64,000 nucleotides of DNA from Felis catus (Eukaryota), in contig NC_058368.1 in the NCBI RefSeq assembly GCF_018350175.1, positions 95,606,001 through 95,670,000 of the forward strand, written 5' to 3'. Position numbers and translations under genes: made by a program. The notes under the pieces are model-generated. The model was not told the DNA's origin, searched no databases, and worked only from the letters and a program-made list of their open reading frames with translations. This document shows positions 12,643-24,772 of this stretch, one piece after another. Position 1 is the first letter of the stretch, and every line of letters starts with the position of its first letter.

Positions 12643-12864
12643 GGGGTGCCTGGGTGGCTCAGTCGGTTAAGCGGCCGACTTCGGCTCAGGTCACGATCTC
12701 ACGGTCTGAGTTTGAGCCCCACGTCGGGCTCTGTGCTCACAGCTCAGAGCCCGGAGCCTGTTTCAGATTCTGTGTCTCCCTCTCTCTGATCCTCCCCTGT
12801 TCATGCTCTGTCTCTCCCTGTCTCAAAAATAAATAAAATGTTAAAAAAAATTAAAAAAAAAAAA
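12643..12864 (+). mobile_element. Young SINEC_Fc
   Basis: CpG-rich; perfect 17-bp TSD gaaaaggagaaattgta at 12626-12642 and 12865-12881. Confidence 0.97.
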
Positions 12865-13885
12865 GAAAAGGAGAAATTGTAGGCTTAGAGTGTACGGTGG
12901 GATATTTTTAAAGTGTCTTGATACTGTGTATTGTGCTTGCTCGTGCTTCTGAAGTTTTGGGAGCAGAGCATGGAAGGTGGGTCGCTTGGCTTTGCAGGGA
13001 CTCTGACACATCTGTGCAAATGGCAAGCCTTTCTTGGGGACAACGAGGGAACTGAGCCACAGGAGAGTAAGGTTTGACCCAGCTGCGGTGACTTACTCTC
13101 TCCCCCGGAACCAAGTATACAAAGTGGGAAGGCCAGGGTGGGGTGGGAGGGGTGGGGGGGTGGGGTAAGCTCTGCTGAAAGTGCTGGTTATGGGTAGTGG
13201 AGAGAGCAGGGAAGGATTTTGCTAAATTAGGAAATGAAGGAAAGAAAAGGATAAGATAACTCTTGTGATTTTTTTTCCCCCCAGTGGGATAGTTCTTTTA
13301 TAGTTTGATGTGAGATCTTGGATAGAGGCCGTCTGTGTTTACTGTTCTAGGATTTCTTCCTTTCTTTTCTTTTTCTTTCCTTTCCCTTTCTCTTTTCTGG
13401 AAAACATCCCTGGGACCTCAGTTATTACTCAGATATCAGAAATATTTTCTCTTGTTAACTTAGAAAGGATAGGCCACCTGCTTCTTACACAGATCCCTAA
13501 ACACTTGCCCCCCCCCCCCCCAACAAATCTCTATGGATGTTGGCATGTTGAGATATTACTGCTTAATTTGTGGGAAGTAGACTCCTCAGAGACAGATGAC
13601 CAAGAGGTGGAAAACAAAAAACAAAAAACAAAAAACAAACGCTGAAATGGCTTCCAGAAGGTTTTAGTGTTTTGTGATTTTGAGTTCTCTGGGGACAGAC
13701 GAGAGGGATAGTCAAAGGAAACGTTGATATTTTACATGGTGAGATTTAACATCAATTTCCTCAACAGAAACACCTTCAAAAACAAATGAAAGCTGAGCTT
13801 TGAAATAGTCAGCAGTGAAGTGTGAGTCTTACTTACTCCAACATTATTGCTTTTCTTTTTCGGGCATACCTGGTCCATGGAAAGC

Positions 13886-14113
13886 TATTTATTTATTTAT
13901 TTATTTATTTATCATTTTTTGTATTTTTAGGTTTTTCAAACGTTTGTTTATTTTGAGAGAGAGAACGCGCGTGAGCGAGAAGGGGAGGGGCAGAGAAGGA
14001 GGGAGGGAGAAGCCCAAGTAGGCTCTTCCACTGTCAGCACAGAGCCCAATGTGGGGCTTGATCTCACAAAGTAGGAGATCATGATCTGAGCTGAAATCAA
14101 GAGTCTGGTGCTT
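13886..14113 (-). mobile_element. Carnivore SINE (short type) missing about 26 nt of its 5' head
   Basis: (TTTA)n tail; body ends at gagtctggtgctt and abuts the next SINE. Confidence 0.9.
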
Positions 14114-14362
14114 GGGGTGACTGGGTGGCTCAGTTGGTTGGGAGTCCGACTTGCTCTTGTGGCTCATGAGTTCGAGCCCCACGTGGTGCTCAGGGCTGCC
14201 AGCTCAGAGCCTGGAACCTGCTTCGGATTCTGTGTCTCCCTCTCTCTGCCCCTCCCATGCTCCTGCTCACATATTCACTCTCTCTCTCTCTCTGTCTCTC
14301 TGTCTCTCTCTTTCTCAAAAATAAATAAATAAATAAATAAATAAATAAACATTAAAATAAAA
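14114..14362 (+). mobile_element. SINEC_Fc with a small internal deletion
   Basis: ggggtgactgggtggctcag start; (CT)n; (AAAT)n tail; no TSD found. Confidence 0.92.
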
Positions 14363-14941
14363 TTTGAAATTATTCTATTTGGAAATACTTGGAGACTTGA
14401 AATAAGCTGTATAAATAGTACACTGGGTTCCTGAATGTCCCTCCTTCAGCTTCTCCCAATGATAACATCTTACGTAAGCATCGTACAGTATTCCGAACCA
14501 GGAAATAAACGACTCTAAAGACATTATTTAAATGTTGCCCTTTGTCCCTCCTAATGTTTCTTTTTGTTCTTCCTAGTTTATAATCCAGGATCCCATATTT
14601 CATTTTGTTATCTCTGCGTTGTTTCCTCCAGTCTTGGGACAGTTAATCATCTCTCTCCCTTTTTTTTTTTTTTTTTTTTTTTTTTGTCTCTTCACATCCT
14701 TGACACTATTACAGGGTATCAGCCAATCACTTCCCCGAATGTTTCTCAGTTTGAATTTCTCTGCTTGCCTCTCCACCGATGTTAAAAATTTTGTCAAGAG
14801 CGCTGCAGAAGTGAAATTGTGCCCGTCTCCCTGCCTTGTGTCAGGAAGAACTTGATGTTGATACATCTTTTCCCTGTTGATATTTCCTTCAGTCACTGAC
14901 TAAAAAGTGGGGTCTTCTGTGTTCTGCTACTGTGAACTTAC

Positions 14942-15280
14942 TGCGTTGGTTTGCTAGGGTTACATGACAAAGGACCACAGGCTGACTGGCTTGAGGCAGT
15001 AGATACTTATTTCCTCATAATTCTGGAGGCTAGACATCTGAGGGCCATGCTCCCACCGGAGCCTCCAGGAAAGAATCTTTCCTCGTCTCTGCCAGATTCT
15101 GGAAGCCCCAGGCATTTCTTGGCTTCTGGCAGCGTAATTCCAAACTTGGTCTCCATGGACACATGGCGTTCTCCTTGTTTCTGTCTATGTCCTTCTCTTC
15201 TTATAAGGAAGCCAGTTAAATTGGATTAAGGGCACAGGAAGAACATGAACGTGAATTTTGGGGCAGACTGTCCTGTTCAG
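14942..15280 (-). mobile_element. MaLR solo LTR (MLT1B/C-like), internally deleted
   Basis: ttctggaggctag...gggccatgctccc...cttctcttcttataaggaagccag...ttggattaaggg. Confidence 0.85.
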
Positions 15281-15603
15281 TTGGGTTACTCTTACTCCTT
15301 TTGTACCTTAAGTGCTTTGTAGGGGAGTTACTTTGAGATTGTGCACAGATCCATTTTCTCCATAGACTTTGGCCCATTCATTTTAGAATCCCCGAGTGAT
15401 TCTTGCTTGCATCATTGACCGCTGTGGTGTTTGCAAAACGATGAATTTCATTCTCTACCATTTCTTCTAGACTTATCAATTAGAATTCTACCATAAAAAA
15501 ACTGTCTCTTTTCTTCCATGTATGCATATTTTAAATAATTTTTTTTGGATTAGTATGGTCTCACTGGTTGCTATTAGGTTTATAGATTATAACCCATTAC
15601 TAC

Positions 15604-15675
15604 TATATATATACATACACACACACACACACACACCCACATATATATGTGTGTGTGTGTGTGTCCATTTATTGC

Positions 15676-15714
<39 letters not shown>

Positions 15715-15715
15715 A
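15604..15715. repeat. Compound (TA)n/(CA)n/(TG)n microsatellite
   Basis: Directly visible. Confidence 0.95.
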
Positions 15716-15773
15716 TTTTTTTAATAGTCCCAGATTTGGTCACTGGAAACCTTTTAATTTGGCCCCCATTCTT

Positions 15774-15986
15774 TTTTTTTTTATGTTTATTTTTGAAAGA
15801 CAGAGTAAGACAGAACACAAGCAGGGGTGGGGCGGAGGGTGGGGGAGCCGGATGCAGAATCTGAAGCAGGTTCCAGGCTCTGAGCTGTCAGCACAGAGCC
15901 CGACGCGGGGCTCAAACTCACAAACCATGAGATCATGACCTGAGCCAAAGTCTGATGCTCAACCGACTGAGTCACTCAGGGGCTCC
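15774..15986 (-). mobile_element. SINEC_Fc
   Basis: Perfect 14-bp TSD tggcccccattctt at 15760-15773 and 15987-16000. Confidence 0.96.
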
Positions 15987-17839
15987 TGGCCCCCATTCTT
16001 GAAGTCTGGCCACGTCTTGATCGCGAAAGCTTTCCTTAATGACTCTGCTCCTACTTTGCTGTCTCTTCCTGAGTTCATACCATACACTGAAGCTAGTACC
16101 ACATTCTAGCCCTTACTTTTCTGTAATTTCATGTAACTATTAATATTTCTTTATCCTCTTGTCTCATCTTCCAGACCAGGAATGATTTCTTACGTCTCTT
16201 GAATTTTCTCTTTCTTTTCAAGATTAGGTATTGAATCTCCAGATTGAACTCAGAGTAGGGACTCGGGTTATTCCGGTATTGTTAATGGGTGTATTGTTTC
16301 ATGAAATCATAGGATTTTTTAGTCCTTTTTGAATAATTTAAGACCTGGTTGTCTGACGTTCCTTTCTGAATATCACAGCTTTCTCCTTTGCCCTGGCATA
16401 CGTTTCTCAGCACCTGGGTTTCTTTGTGTTAAATACTAAGTACTTCTGACAATGCTTGCTTGGTTTTAAATTTCCTACTAACTTTAATTAAATACGCCCA
16501 GCAGCTTTTTACCCACTTCCCCAAAGCCTTAATTATAAGAGCATATCAGTACACAGAAACAATTACTAGTTCCTTCCTGTGACAGGGCGGAGTAAGTACA
16601 TCTGGATAAATGTTTGTCAAAGGATTAAACCAAAGAGAGCCAATTTTCGTCTCCATTCTTTGGGCAAATGCATTTGCAAGTAGCTTTTGCCAACTTCATT
16701 TTGGACTGAACTGGTGCATACCTCCATACCAGTGATAACTTGAGGACTGGGGGTTGTTTGCAAACCTATTGTATCCCCTCCGTGAAGCTGCTTCAGAAGT
16801 GAAAGGCATCGATCCTAATTGCAAACGCTCTGAAAAGTCAGGTTTCACCCCGAGTGTCCTTTTTATTGCATTTTTGGAAGATGGACTGCACCTCAATTGA
16901 AGACAGTACGTGTGCTCTGTAAAAATGTAGAGCATTTTGCTTAAGTCTGTGCCCTTCTGCAAAGAAGTAATAGCATATGGCATCAATAGAATTAAAGAGG
17001 ATTACTTGTCACACATGGCCACCTGTTTATCCACATGGATGCATATTTTCATAAACCCTTGAACATGGACCTAGCATACTGAGACTTACCGGACAGGACT
17101 TGTTTGAGATTAAGAGACTCTAGGCAGTATTTTCTATCTAACTTTATTTGTTTCTATACTTACCATAGAGTAAGTCTTTAATATGGGACGAACATTATAT
17201 TCAGAATAATCTGCAAATTCCACTGACAAAATGGTTTCGTGAGGAGGAAGAACCTTGTTGAGTGGAAAGGCGTGAGAGTTGAGGAGTTACCTTGGGGAAG
17301 AGCTAAACTGTTCTGCACTTGGCATTTGAAGGGCAATGTGGGAGGCGGGAGACAGCCCTCAGCTATGGGATGTGAGACTAAAATCTGCATGGGTGGGGGT
17401 CAGGGGTGGAGAGGGGAGAAGGGTCAGGAGAGGAAAAATGGAGGTAAGAAGAGGCAAGCCCAAATCCATACAAATAAAAACTTCAGGGAAGAGACATGTA
17501 TGATGTGGATTTTGGATTTTTTGGCTTTGTGTCCCCCATCTTATAACCAGCAGTTTTTAGGAAATTCCAAAGTCTGAGCGCTATCCTGTCAGTTTTGCTC
17601 CTTGGTTTAATGCCAGCTTTCACAATGCACAGTGAGGACCAGTTATTCAAGAGGTTAAAGAGACCCGTGAGAAGCCAAGTTTTCTTCTTTGCACTCCCTT
17701 GTCATCTTGGAAATAGTTGTGAGCTCCGAAAGTAGGAGAATGGGCTATATGGAGCCACTCTTACCTGATCCCTGAGGAATAGGGAGTCTGCACACTAGGG
17801 GATCCTTCGTGGCAGGCCAAACAATGCAGAATTAGGCCT

Positions 17840-17945
17840 TCTCATCTCTATTTTACATGCAAAAGAAATGAAGCTTAGCCAGATTACACGGGGCAGGTAG
17901 CCAAGCCAGATTTTGAACCCAGGCTCTCTGATTCCAAAGCCACAC
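17840..17945 (-). mobile_element. MIR fragment
   Basis: ctattttacatg...gccagattttgaacccaggctctctgattccaaagcc. Confidence 0.65.
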
Positions 17946-20038
17946 AGGCCTCCTAAATTCTAGCCTTTACGACAAAGGGAGCTGTCAGTAAATGTTGAGT
18001 GCAGTTTGGTAAGAAATGTCTTGAAGACCTCTTTTCAATAGAACATTGGATTGCTGGTAATGGAGGAAGGATGGAATTGCGCGGAAAGTCATGATATCAA
18101 CCCTTGGGGTGCATGAACACTCATGTGTGTCTCAGAGGAGTCCTATGTGGTGATCCTGGAGGATGGGGTAACTTGCCGAGGTTCTAGGACTGGAAGTGGC
18201 AAACAAGAGATGTGCATGCAGGCAGCAAGGCCATGGAATCTCGCCTCCTAACTTTGTCCCATACATTCTGTCCTTGACATACAGAGTTCCGTGTGATGGA
18301 AGCGTGCCCATTCCACAGAGGTGTTGTTGTGATAATCCCCAAATATGCCCGAGTTAGTAGTCAGATGCAACAATTGGTAGAAGGACAACCTATTTGTATC
18401 CACGTGGAGGGACCTAAGAGTAAATTCCCTTGCAGCTCAGGTAGACTTCGTTACTCCGTCCTTTCCTTGTGCATTTCACTTCTCCCCAGTCCTACTGGCT
18501 TCACCCTTACAAAGATTACAAATCATGGTGGTGGTGTCTACAGCTAGGAGTCTACCTGACTCCATTTCACAGAAAGATCTATTTAGCAGAGCTGGAGAGC
18601 AGCTCCCTTCAAGGTCTAAAATTCCGTCCTTCTAGCACAATCCTCTAAATTGGGGAAGCAAGGGGAAAAAAAACCAACAGTGCTCAGTGCCCCGCCCTAG
18701 TTATGGCGGTGGATAGATCCCAGCTGTCAGGGAGTAACCCTCTTTTCGTTTGGATTCCAACTCTCCCATGGATGTGTATTCCAACTGGCCCTGTCTCCAT
18801 CTTTAGCCTCATTTCCTCATGAGAGCATCAGCCAACACAAAGATTCTCTTTCGAACGAGCTGGCAGGGCTGTGAGTTCACTGCTGGCTCTTCTCAATGAC
18901 AACTTTCACAGTCGGGGTTTTGGCGAGAAGATCTACAGCTCCTCCTTAATTCCAGCCTAACAGGCAGTGCTAGGACTTGTTCCTGGAGGAGAATAGACAA
19001 TCACCTCCCTAGAAAGAGATGGGTGGCTTTTAAGGAGTTAACACGGAATGATCTTGCTTAAAACAATGGTGGGAAGGGTGTTGGTAATGGTGAAAACATA
19101 CGCCGCTGATTCCTGCTCTGTCTTATTTTACTTGGCTGCTGTCATAAGTAATAAAACTTCTCCTTTGTGTGACTGCTTGGCATTGTCAGAGGTGAGAGCT
19201 AGAAAGTGGTGCCCTCTTCCTGGCTCTGTGCTGATTTCTCACATAAGCAAAATAGTTCACCACAGTGCGCCTCTTTGCCTTTCCTTGTCTAAGAGAGCTA
19301 AAGTGCTGTCCTTACTTGGACACCTCTGTCCTCTGTTTTCCTTTGTAACTTAACCACCTGGCACACTTGGGGCTCTGGATTGTGGTAGAAAATCGGGAAC
19401 GAGTCAAAGGCTGGCACTGGCGAGAGAAATCGCTAAATAACTGAGTGAATTTAGTGTCCACACTGGACTCTTAGCATTGAATCTGGCCATTTCCAACAGA
19501 CTGAAGCCTGGATCCTTGGAGAACAGGGAGAGCTCTGAAATCACGAGCTTCATTCACTGCACAAATGGTATCAGCACACCATTGTCTGGTCCATCTGGTC
19601 AACCATGAGGCCCGAGCAACTCTTTGTCCTCGAGGAGAAAGAGAAATTAAAAGAACAAGTGGTTTGGAATAGATCACTCTTTCATATAGCTTATAAATAC
19701 ATATGTGAAGCTGTCTACACAGATTCTGGTCAGATTAGAAATGTGCATTGTGGAACGCTGTCACTTGGGAAACGTTGCTACATTTGCTCGTTTCCATGTT
19801 AGGATGTTGTCCTCAGAATAGTCTGCCACAACCTCATTCTGGGCCACGTGGGAGTGATTCTGAGTGTTGGTGGGCAGGGGACCAGGAGCCTGGCACACAA
19901 AGAGATTGTAAGAAAGATTAAGAGTGTCTCCTCCCTGGACCTTTTGGTCTCATCTGTAAGTGGAGAACACAGTAGGGCACGGCTGTAACTAATGTCAGAA
20001 CAGGGCAGTGCCTCAGTCTACAGTGAACTTGTCCTCGC

Positions 20039-20165
20039 TTGCTGACCCCTCAGAGCCTGGAGCTTGCTTCGGATTCTTTGGCTCCCTTCTCTCTCTGCTC
20101 CTCCCCTGCGTGTGTTTTCTCTCTCTCTCGCTCTCAAAAATAAATAAATGTTAAAAAAGAAAAAT
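20039..20165 (+). mobile_element. 5'-truncated SINEC_Fc
   Basis: cagagcctggagcttgcttcggattct...caaaaataaataaatgttaaaaaa. Confidence 0.9.
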
Positions 20166-20296
20166 AGAGTCTCTGCTCATTTTATAGGAGGGGCTCGAGG
20201 ATTCTCATTAAGAAAAATACTGCAGATGCTTATGTGGCTGCTGAGGTTGATGAGATAGTAAAACAGGAGAGAGAGTTAATTAAAGGCGGATACATC

Positions 20297-20630
20297 CATT
20301 TGACCCTTGAACAATGCAGACGATGAGGCGCCCACCCCCCTGCACGATTGAAAATGTACCTGGAACTTTGGGCTCCCCCATAACTTAATAGGAGCCTCCT
20401 GTTGACCAGAAGCCTTAGCAATAATATAGACAATGAACATACATTTTGTATGTTATATGTATTAGATAGTGTATTTTTACAATAAAGTAAGCTAGCTGAG
20501 AGAAAACATTAAGGAAGAGGACACCATAACGAAGAAGAAAAACATTTACGGTACTTGACGGTTTTTATCAAAACCAAATCCACAGGTGAGCAGACCAGGC
20601 CAGTTCAAACCTGTGTTGTTCAAGGATCGT

Positions 20631-20633
<3 letters not shown>
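20297..20633. mobile_element. TcMar-Tigger non-autonomous element (Tigger2a/MER8-like)
   Basis: Terminal inverted repeats catttgacccttgaacaa ... ttgttcaaggatc; internal ctgttgaccagaagcctta and acaataaagtaagctag. Confidence 0.85.

Positions 20634-20662
<29 letters not shown>
20629..20662. repeat. (TG)n microsatellite
   Basis: Directly visible at the Tigger right end. Confidence 0.9.
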
Positions 20663-20887
20663 AATTGTGTATGTGCGACACACATAGGTATCTATAAATG
20701 TATATCTGTATATATACACATTCATACTTGTATATATTCAAACACATATCTCTGATAGCTTAACTTTGAATACATATTATATGGTAAAACAAATTATATT
20801 GTCAGTGATATACGTCATAATGGTGTTCCCTCCTCATCTTTGAAACACACCAGAAAATAAAAGCAAGCTTTAAAAATGGACACTGTT

Positions 20888-21122
20888 GGGGACGCCTGGG
20901 TGGCTCAGTCTGTTAAACGTCCGACTTGGGCTCAGATCATGATCTCACAGTTCTTGAGTTCGAGCCCCACATCTGGCTTTCTGCTGTCAGGACAGAGCCG
21001 GCTCTGGATCCTCTGTTTTCTTCTCTCCCTGCCCCTCCCCCACTCATGCACACACACTCTCTCTCTCTCTCTCTCTGTCTCTCTCCCTCTCCCTCTCTCA
21101 AAAAATCAACATGAAAAAAAAA
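20888..21122 (+). mobile_element. Carnivore SINE
   Basis: ggggacgcctgggtggctcag; TSD approx aaaa(t/a)ggacact. Confidence 0.95.
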
Positions 21123-22686
21123 GGACACTCATGTTTCAAGACCAAAAAAGCTGACCCTGTGAACATGCTTGCCCTGTGATTTTCTTAGGTTTTCATAGTC
21201 TAAAAACTCCTCAAGGAAAGTGTTGGTAGCCTCAGTCAGCTTTCCTTCATTAGGAAAGCAATGTTCCTTCCAAATAGCATGTTTTAGAGAAACAGTGTTT
21301 CCTGGTTAGATGGTCTGTGAGCTCTCGGCATGGGTCTAGTTAAGGAAATGTCTCTCAATGGCTATAACAGCATCACAGCCCTGCGGTGGGCAGGAATTAG
21401 GAAAGCTTGTTTAAAAGTGCTCACCAAACCTGTGTCAATCTAAAAACCTTTCCACTAACTATAGCCTACCTCTGTTTTACTTTGTCTTGTTTCCATATTC
21501 TATGAAAGGGAGAGATAATCATTTTTTCCCTCCTATTTTGTTCATTCCAGTCCCCTTCGGTAACTTCCTAGAATCTTGAATTGTTTTCTTTTTCTCGTGA
21601 CCTTTCTAGAAGCTCAAGGATTCACACCCAGCCTTTTTTTTTCCCTTTTACCCAGCGAGATCTATAAGTATTACTAGTTCAATGAGGTGTACAATTGCTA
21701 CGCTACCTATTTAAACTCCCATTAGTTACAATCTTAGTTGTTAAGCATCATTAAATAAGCATTCTCTGGCCTGAGCGTCTAACACCTCAAAGTCACGCAA
21801 ATGCTGGTTCATGAATTCTGATAAATACCTACGTACAGTTTTGGGCACAGGCCACCATGTTTTTCAATCAGTATGAGAACCTTTTAAGGATAAGTGATGG
21901 AAATCAGGCATACATACTTAAAACAACAGTGCCCCCCACCTCCCCTGCCCAGTGACGACTAACAAAAAAAGTCGTACCCAGTGTAGCTGTTGTCAAGCCC
22001 TGTTTTCAGTATAATAGAGCATCTAGCTGAAGTCCATTACGGAAAGTGCCTATAGTCACCCTATGCAGCTGTTTGTTCAAAGATACCATACGAGCTGGCA
22101 GAAAATAGGTGAGGGCTTGTGTGTACCAAGCTAGGTCATCAATATAGAGGAGACCAAGTAGTTCAAGGTAGAGCTCTTGCCTGTAAGGAGTGAATAATCT
22201 TAATAATCCAAGGTGCTGTAACAACTTGAGAAGCAGAGGGTCAGCAGGATTGAAGAATTAGGTATAGAGAATCGAGGAACCAGCCAAAACAAGACCATGA
22301 TCACTACGAACCCAGGCAAAGGACTTTGACGTCCTTCTATCAGGATGGGAGATAGTTCCCAGTCCACTTGCCTCAGAGCCTACATAAGGGTCATATCCAT
22401 CTACCAATTATGATGGTCCCTATGTCATTCAGAGTAAAGATGGGTGCATCATCATCTTGTTTCTTTGCTAGTCCCTTAGAAACCAACGTACTAAATTTTC
22501 TTCAGCGAATAATCTAATTTTCCAACATCTTATCCTAAAACCGCATTTCTATGTTTATAGACAACCAGGGTATACTATGTTTCCCTTCTCAAAAACAGGT
22601 TCAGTGTGTGTTTTCAAATAATGTCATGGAGGTGTGGCGCTGGAAGACAATTGAGAGATTCATTGTAAGTGACAGGCTCGGAGTAA

Positions 22687-22775
22687 TTATTTGCATAATG
22701 CAATATAGGAACATCACAGCATTAATCTGAATATTTAGGTGAAAATGACATTTTTGGCTTTTATTATGCAAATAA
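22687..22775. promoter_or_regulatory. Inverted pair of octamer (POU) motifs, candidate enhancer
   Basis: ATTTGCAT at 22689-22696 and ATGCAAAT at 22766-22773 inside a perfect 13-bp inverted repeat; function inferred only. Confidence 0.35.
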
Positions 22776-23503
22776 ACTCACCTCTGTCCTTTATTTCACT
22801 TTGAGTGCAAAGAGAGTAGCTCACTTATTATGTTCTCAGGTGGTAGAAATTTAATTCGTTTAATCTGATACCTAAAATCAATTAATTTCTGCCTTTTTAA
22901 ATGTCTTTTCTGCCTTTCATAATTTTATGTGTTCCTTTTCCTGTGGTGGTATCTTTTAGGAGTGAGACAAGTTTTGGAAAGTTGTTTCATTAAAAGTATA
23001 AAAGAAGAGAAGAAAGAGAATAGATAGCAAACATCAATCTCTGTAGGACAATTATCAGGAAAATAAATATAGCCAAATGTGCAGCTATCCTAGAAAGCCC
23101 TTCATAAACCACAGTATTGCCTCACATAAATTTAATAGGAACCAATCAATTTGCTCTCATTATTTTTTAATGTCTATGCACTGCAAAAGCGTACACATGA
23201 CTCTAAACTAAACGTAATTGTGTCTGCAAACCAATAAAATAGGGTTCATTTAGCATCTAATTCCAAGGAGGATTATTACCCATGGGTATACCATAAGTAC
23301 AATGACCCCTTCCTGATCTATAAACGAGATGATCTCAGATAAGCGCATGTACTTGATTTGGTGAATTATAATTTAATAAATGTTTGCCATCTCGTGTAAG
23401 TTGTGGTTAAGATTTTTATTGGAACCACATAGTTTAACTTATAAAATTCCATTGTCGGGCAGGTTTCGAATGGAGTCTCTCTGACAAGAAATGGCCATAA
23501 TTC

Positions 23504-23722
23504 GGGGTGTCTCGTGGCTCAGTCAGTTAAGCATCTAGCTCCTTTCTGATCTCAGCTCAGGTCATGATCTTGAGGTTCGTGAGTTAGAGCCCCACATCTG
23601 GCTCTGGGCTGGGAGCGTGGAGCCTAGTTGAGAGTCTCTCTCTCCCCTTCTCTCTCTGCTCTTCCCCTGCTCACACATTCTGTCTCTCTCAAAATAAATA
23701 AATGAACTTTAAAAAATTCCAA
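23504..23722 (+). mobile_element. Carnivore SINE (short type)
   Basis: ggggtgtctcgtggctcagtcagtt...aaaataaataaa; degenerate TSD aaatggc(c/a)ata. Confidence 0.92.
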
Positions 23723-23814
23723 ACAAAAATGGCAATACATAGTTCTGTCAGAACCACACCCCTCCCAATGACGTATGAAAGAATCAAGCAATTGGGTTAA
23801 ATGTGACTTCCAGA

Positions 23815-23913
23815 AGCCTGCTTCAGATGCTGTGTCTCCCTCTCTCTCTGCCCCTCTCCTGTTTGTGCTTTGTCTCTCTCAAAAGTAAATAATAAAACAT
23901 TAGGAAAAAATTC
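23815..23913 (+). mobile_element. 5'-truncated SINEC_Fc
   Basis: 17-bp TSD taaatgtgactt(c/g)caga at 23798-23814 and 23914-23930. Confidence 0.92.
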
Positions 23914-24553
23914 TAAATGTGACTTGCAGAGAAAAACCTGCTCAACCATTCAAGCTTCTTCTCACAGTGGTTCTGTAGAATTTTGTTTTTAAAAATAGTG
24001 GTGGAAATGGAGGAGGGAGAAGATTTCAAGAGCAAAAAGATAAAATTGTGTCCTTTTTTTTTTTTTTTTTTTTAAATTTAGAGCGTTAGTAACAAGGCTA
24101 TATGAAAAGACCTGGCTGATTCACTAGGCTAAAAGTTGCAGAGCTGCAATGCTGTCTGGGAAATTATTTTCAAGATGTTGAGAATAACACGTTCTTCAAC
24201 TTGAGTGACGACTTACCTTTATAAAAATCAAAAGGTCTTGAAAGCTCATTTTTCCCTCTCTTTCTCATCAGGGAAGACTCACGTGAAACCTGGAAAAGAA
24301 TCTATCCGTTCAAATTAAAGCTAAGATGTCACCGAGCCCTTCAGAACTAACTGAAGTATCTCACACCTCGTATTGTTGAAGATCTAAAACTCTCTTTTGC
24401 TTACTCTCTTTTGAAAGAGGCTTCTCAAATTAGACTTGGTGGAAATTCAACAGTGTCAAGCTAACCACTAGCTGGTGATGAGTAAAAAAAAAAAAAAATT
24501 CTGGCAACAATAGTGCATAAAAAGAAATGCACTGTTGGTGAAGATTTTGCTTT

Positions 24554-24772
24554 CATTTATTTATTTTTAAATGTTTATTTTTGACAGACAGCGACAGAGA
24601 CAGAGTTGGAGCTGGGGAGGGGCAGAGAGAGAGGGAGACACAGAATCCAAAGCAGGCTCCTGGCTCCGAGCGGTCAGCGCAGAGCCCGACGTGGGGCTCG
24701 AACCCACAAACCGTGAGACCATGACCTGAGCTGTGGTTAGACATTTAACTGACTGAGCCACCCAGGCGCCCC
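24554..24772 (-). mobile_element. SINEC_Fc
   Basis: Ends gagccacccaggcgcccc; degenerate TSD tgaa(g/a)attttg. Confidence 0.95.

Larger units (their letters stand above)
14370..15760 (-). mobile_element. Ancient L1 3' end (L1MC-like), interrupted by an MLT1 LTR and microsatellites
   Basis: cagcttctcccaatgataacatctta...aaccaggaaat; resumes near 15283 with gagttactttgagattgtg. Confidence 0.65.
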
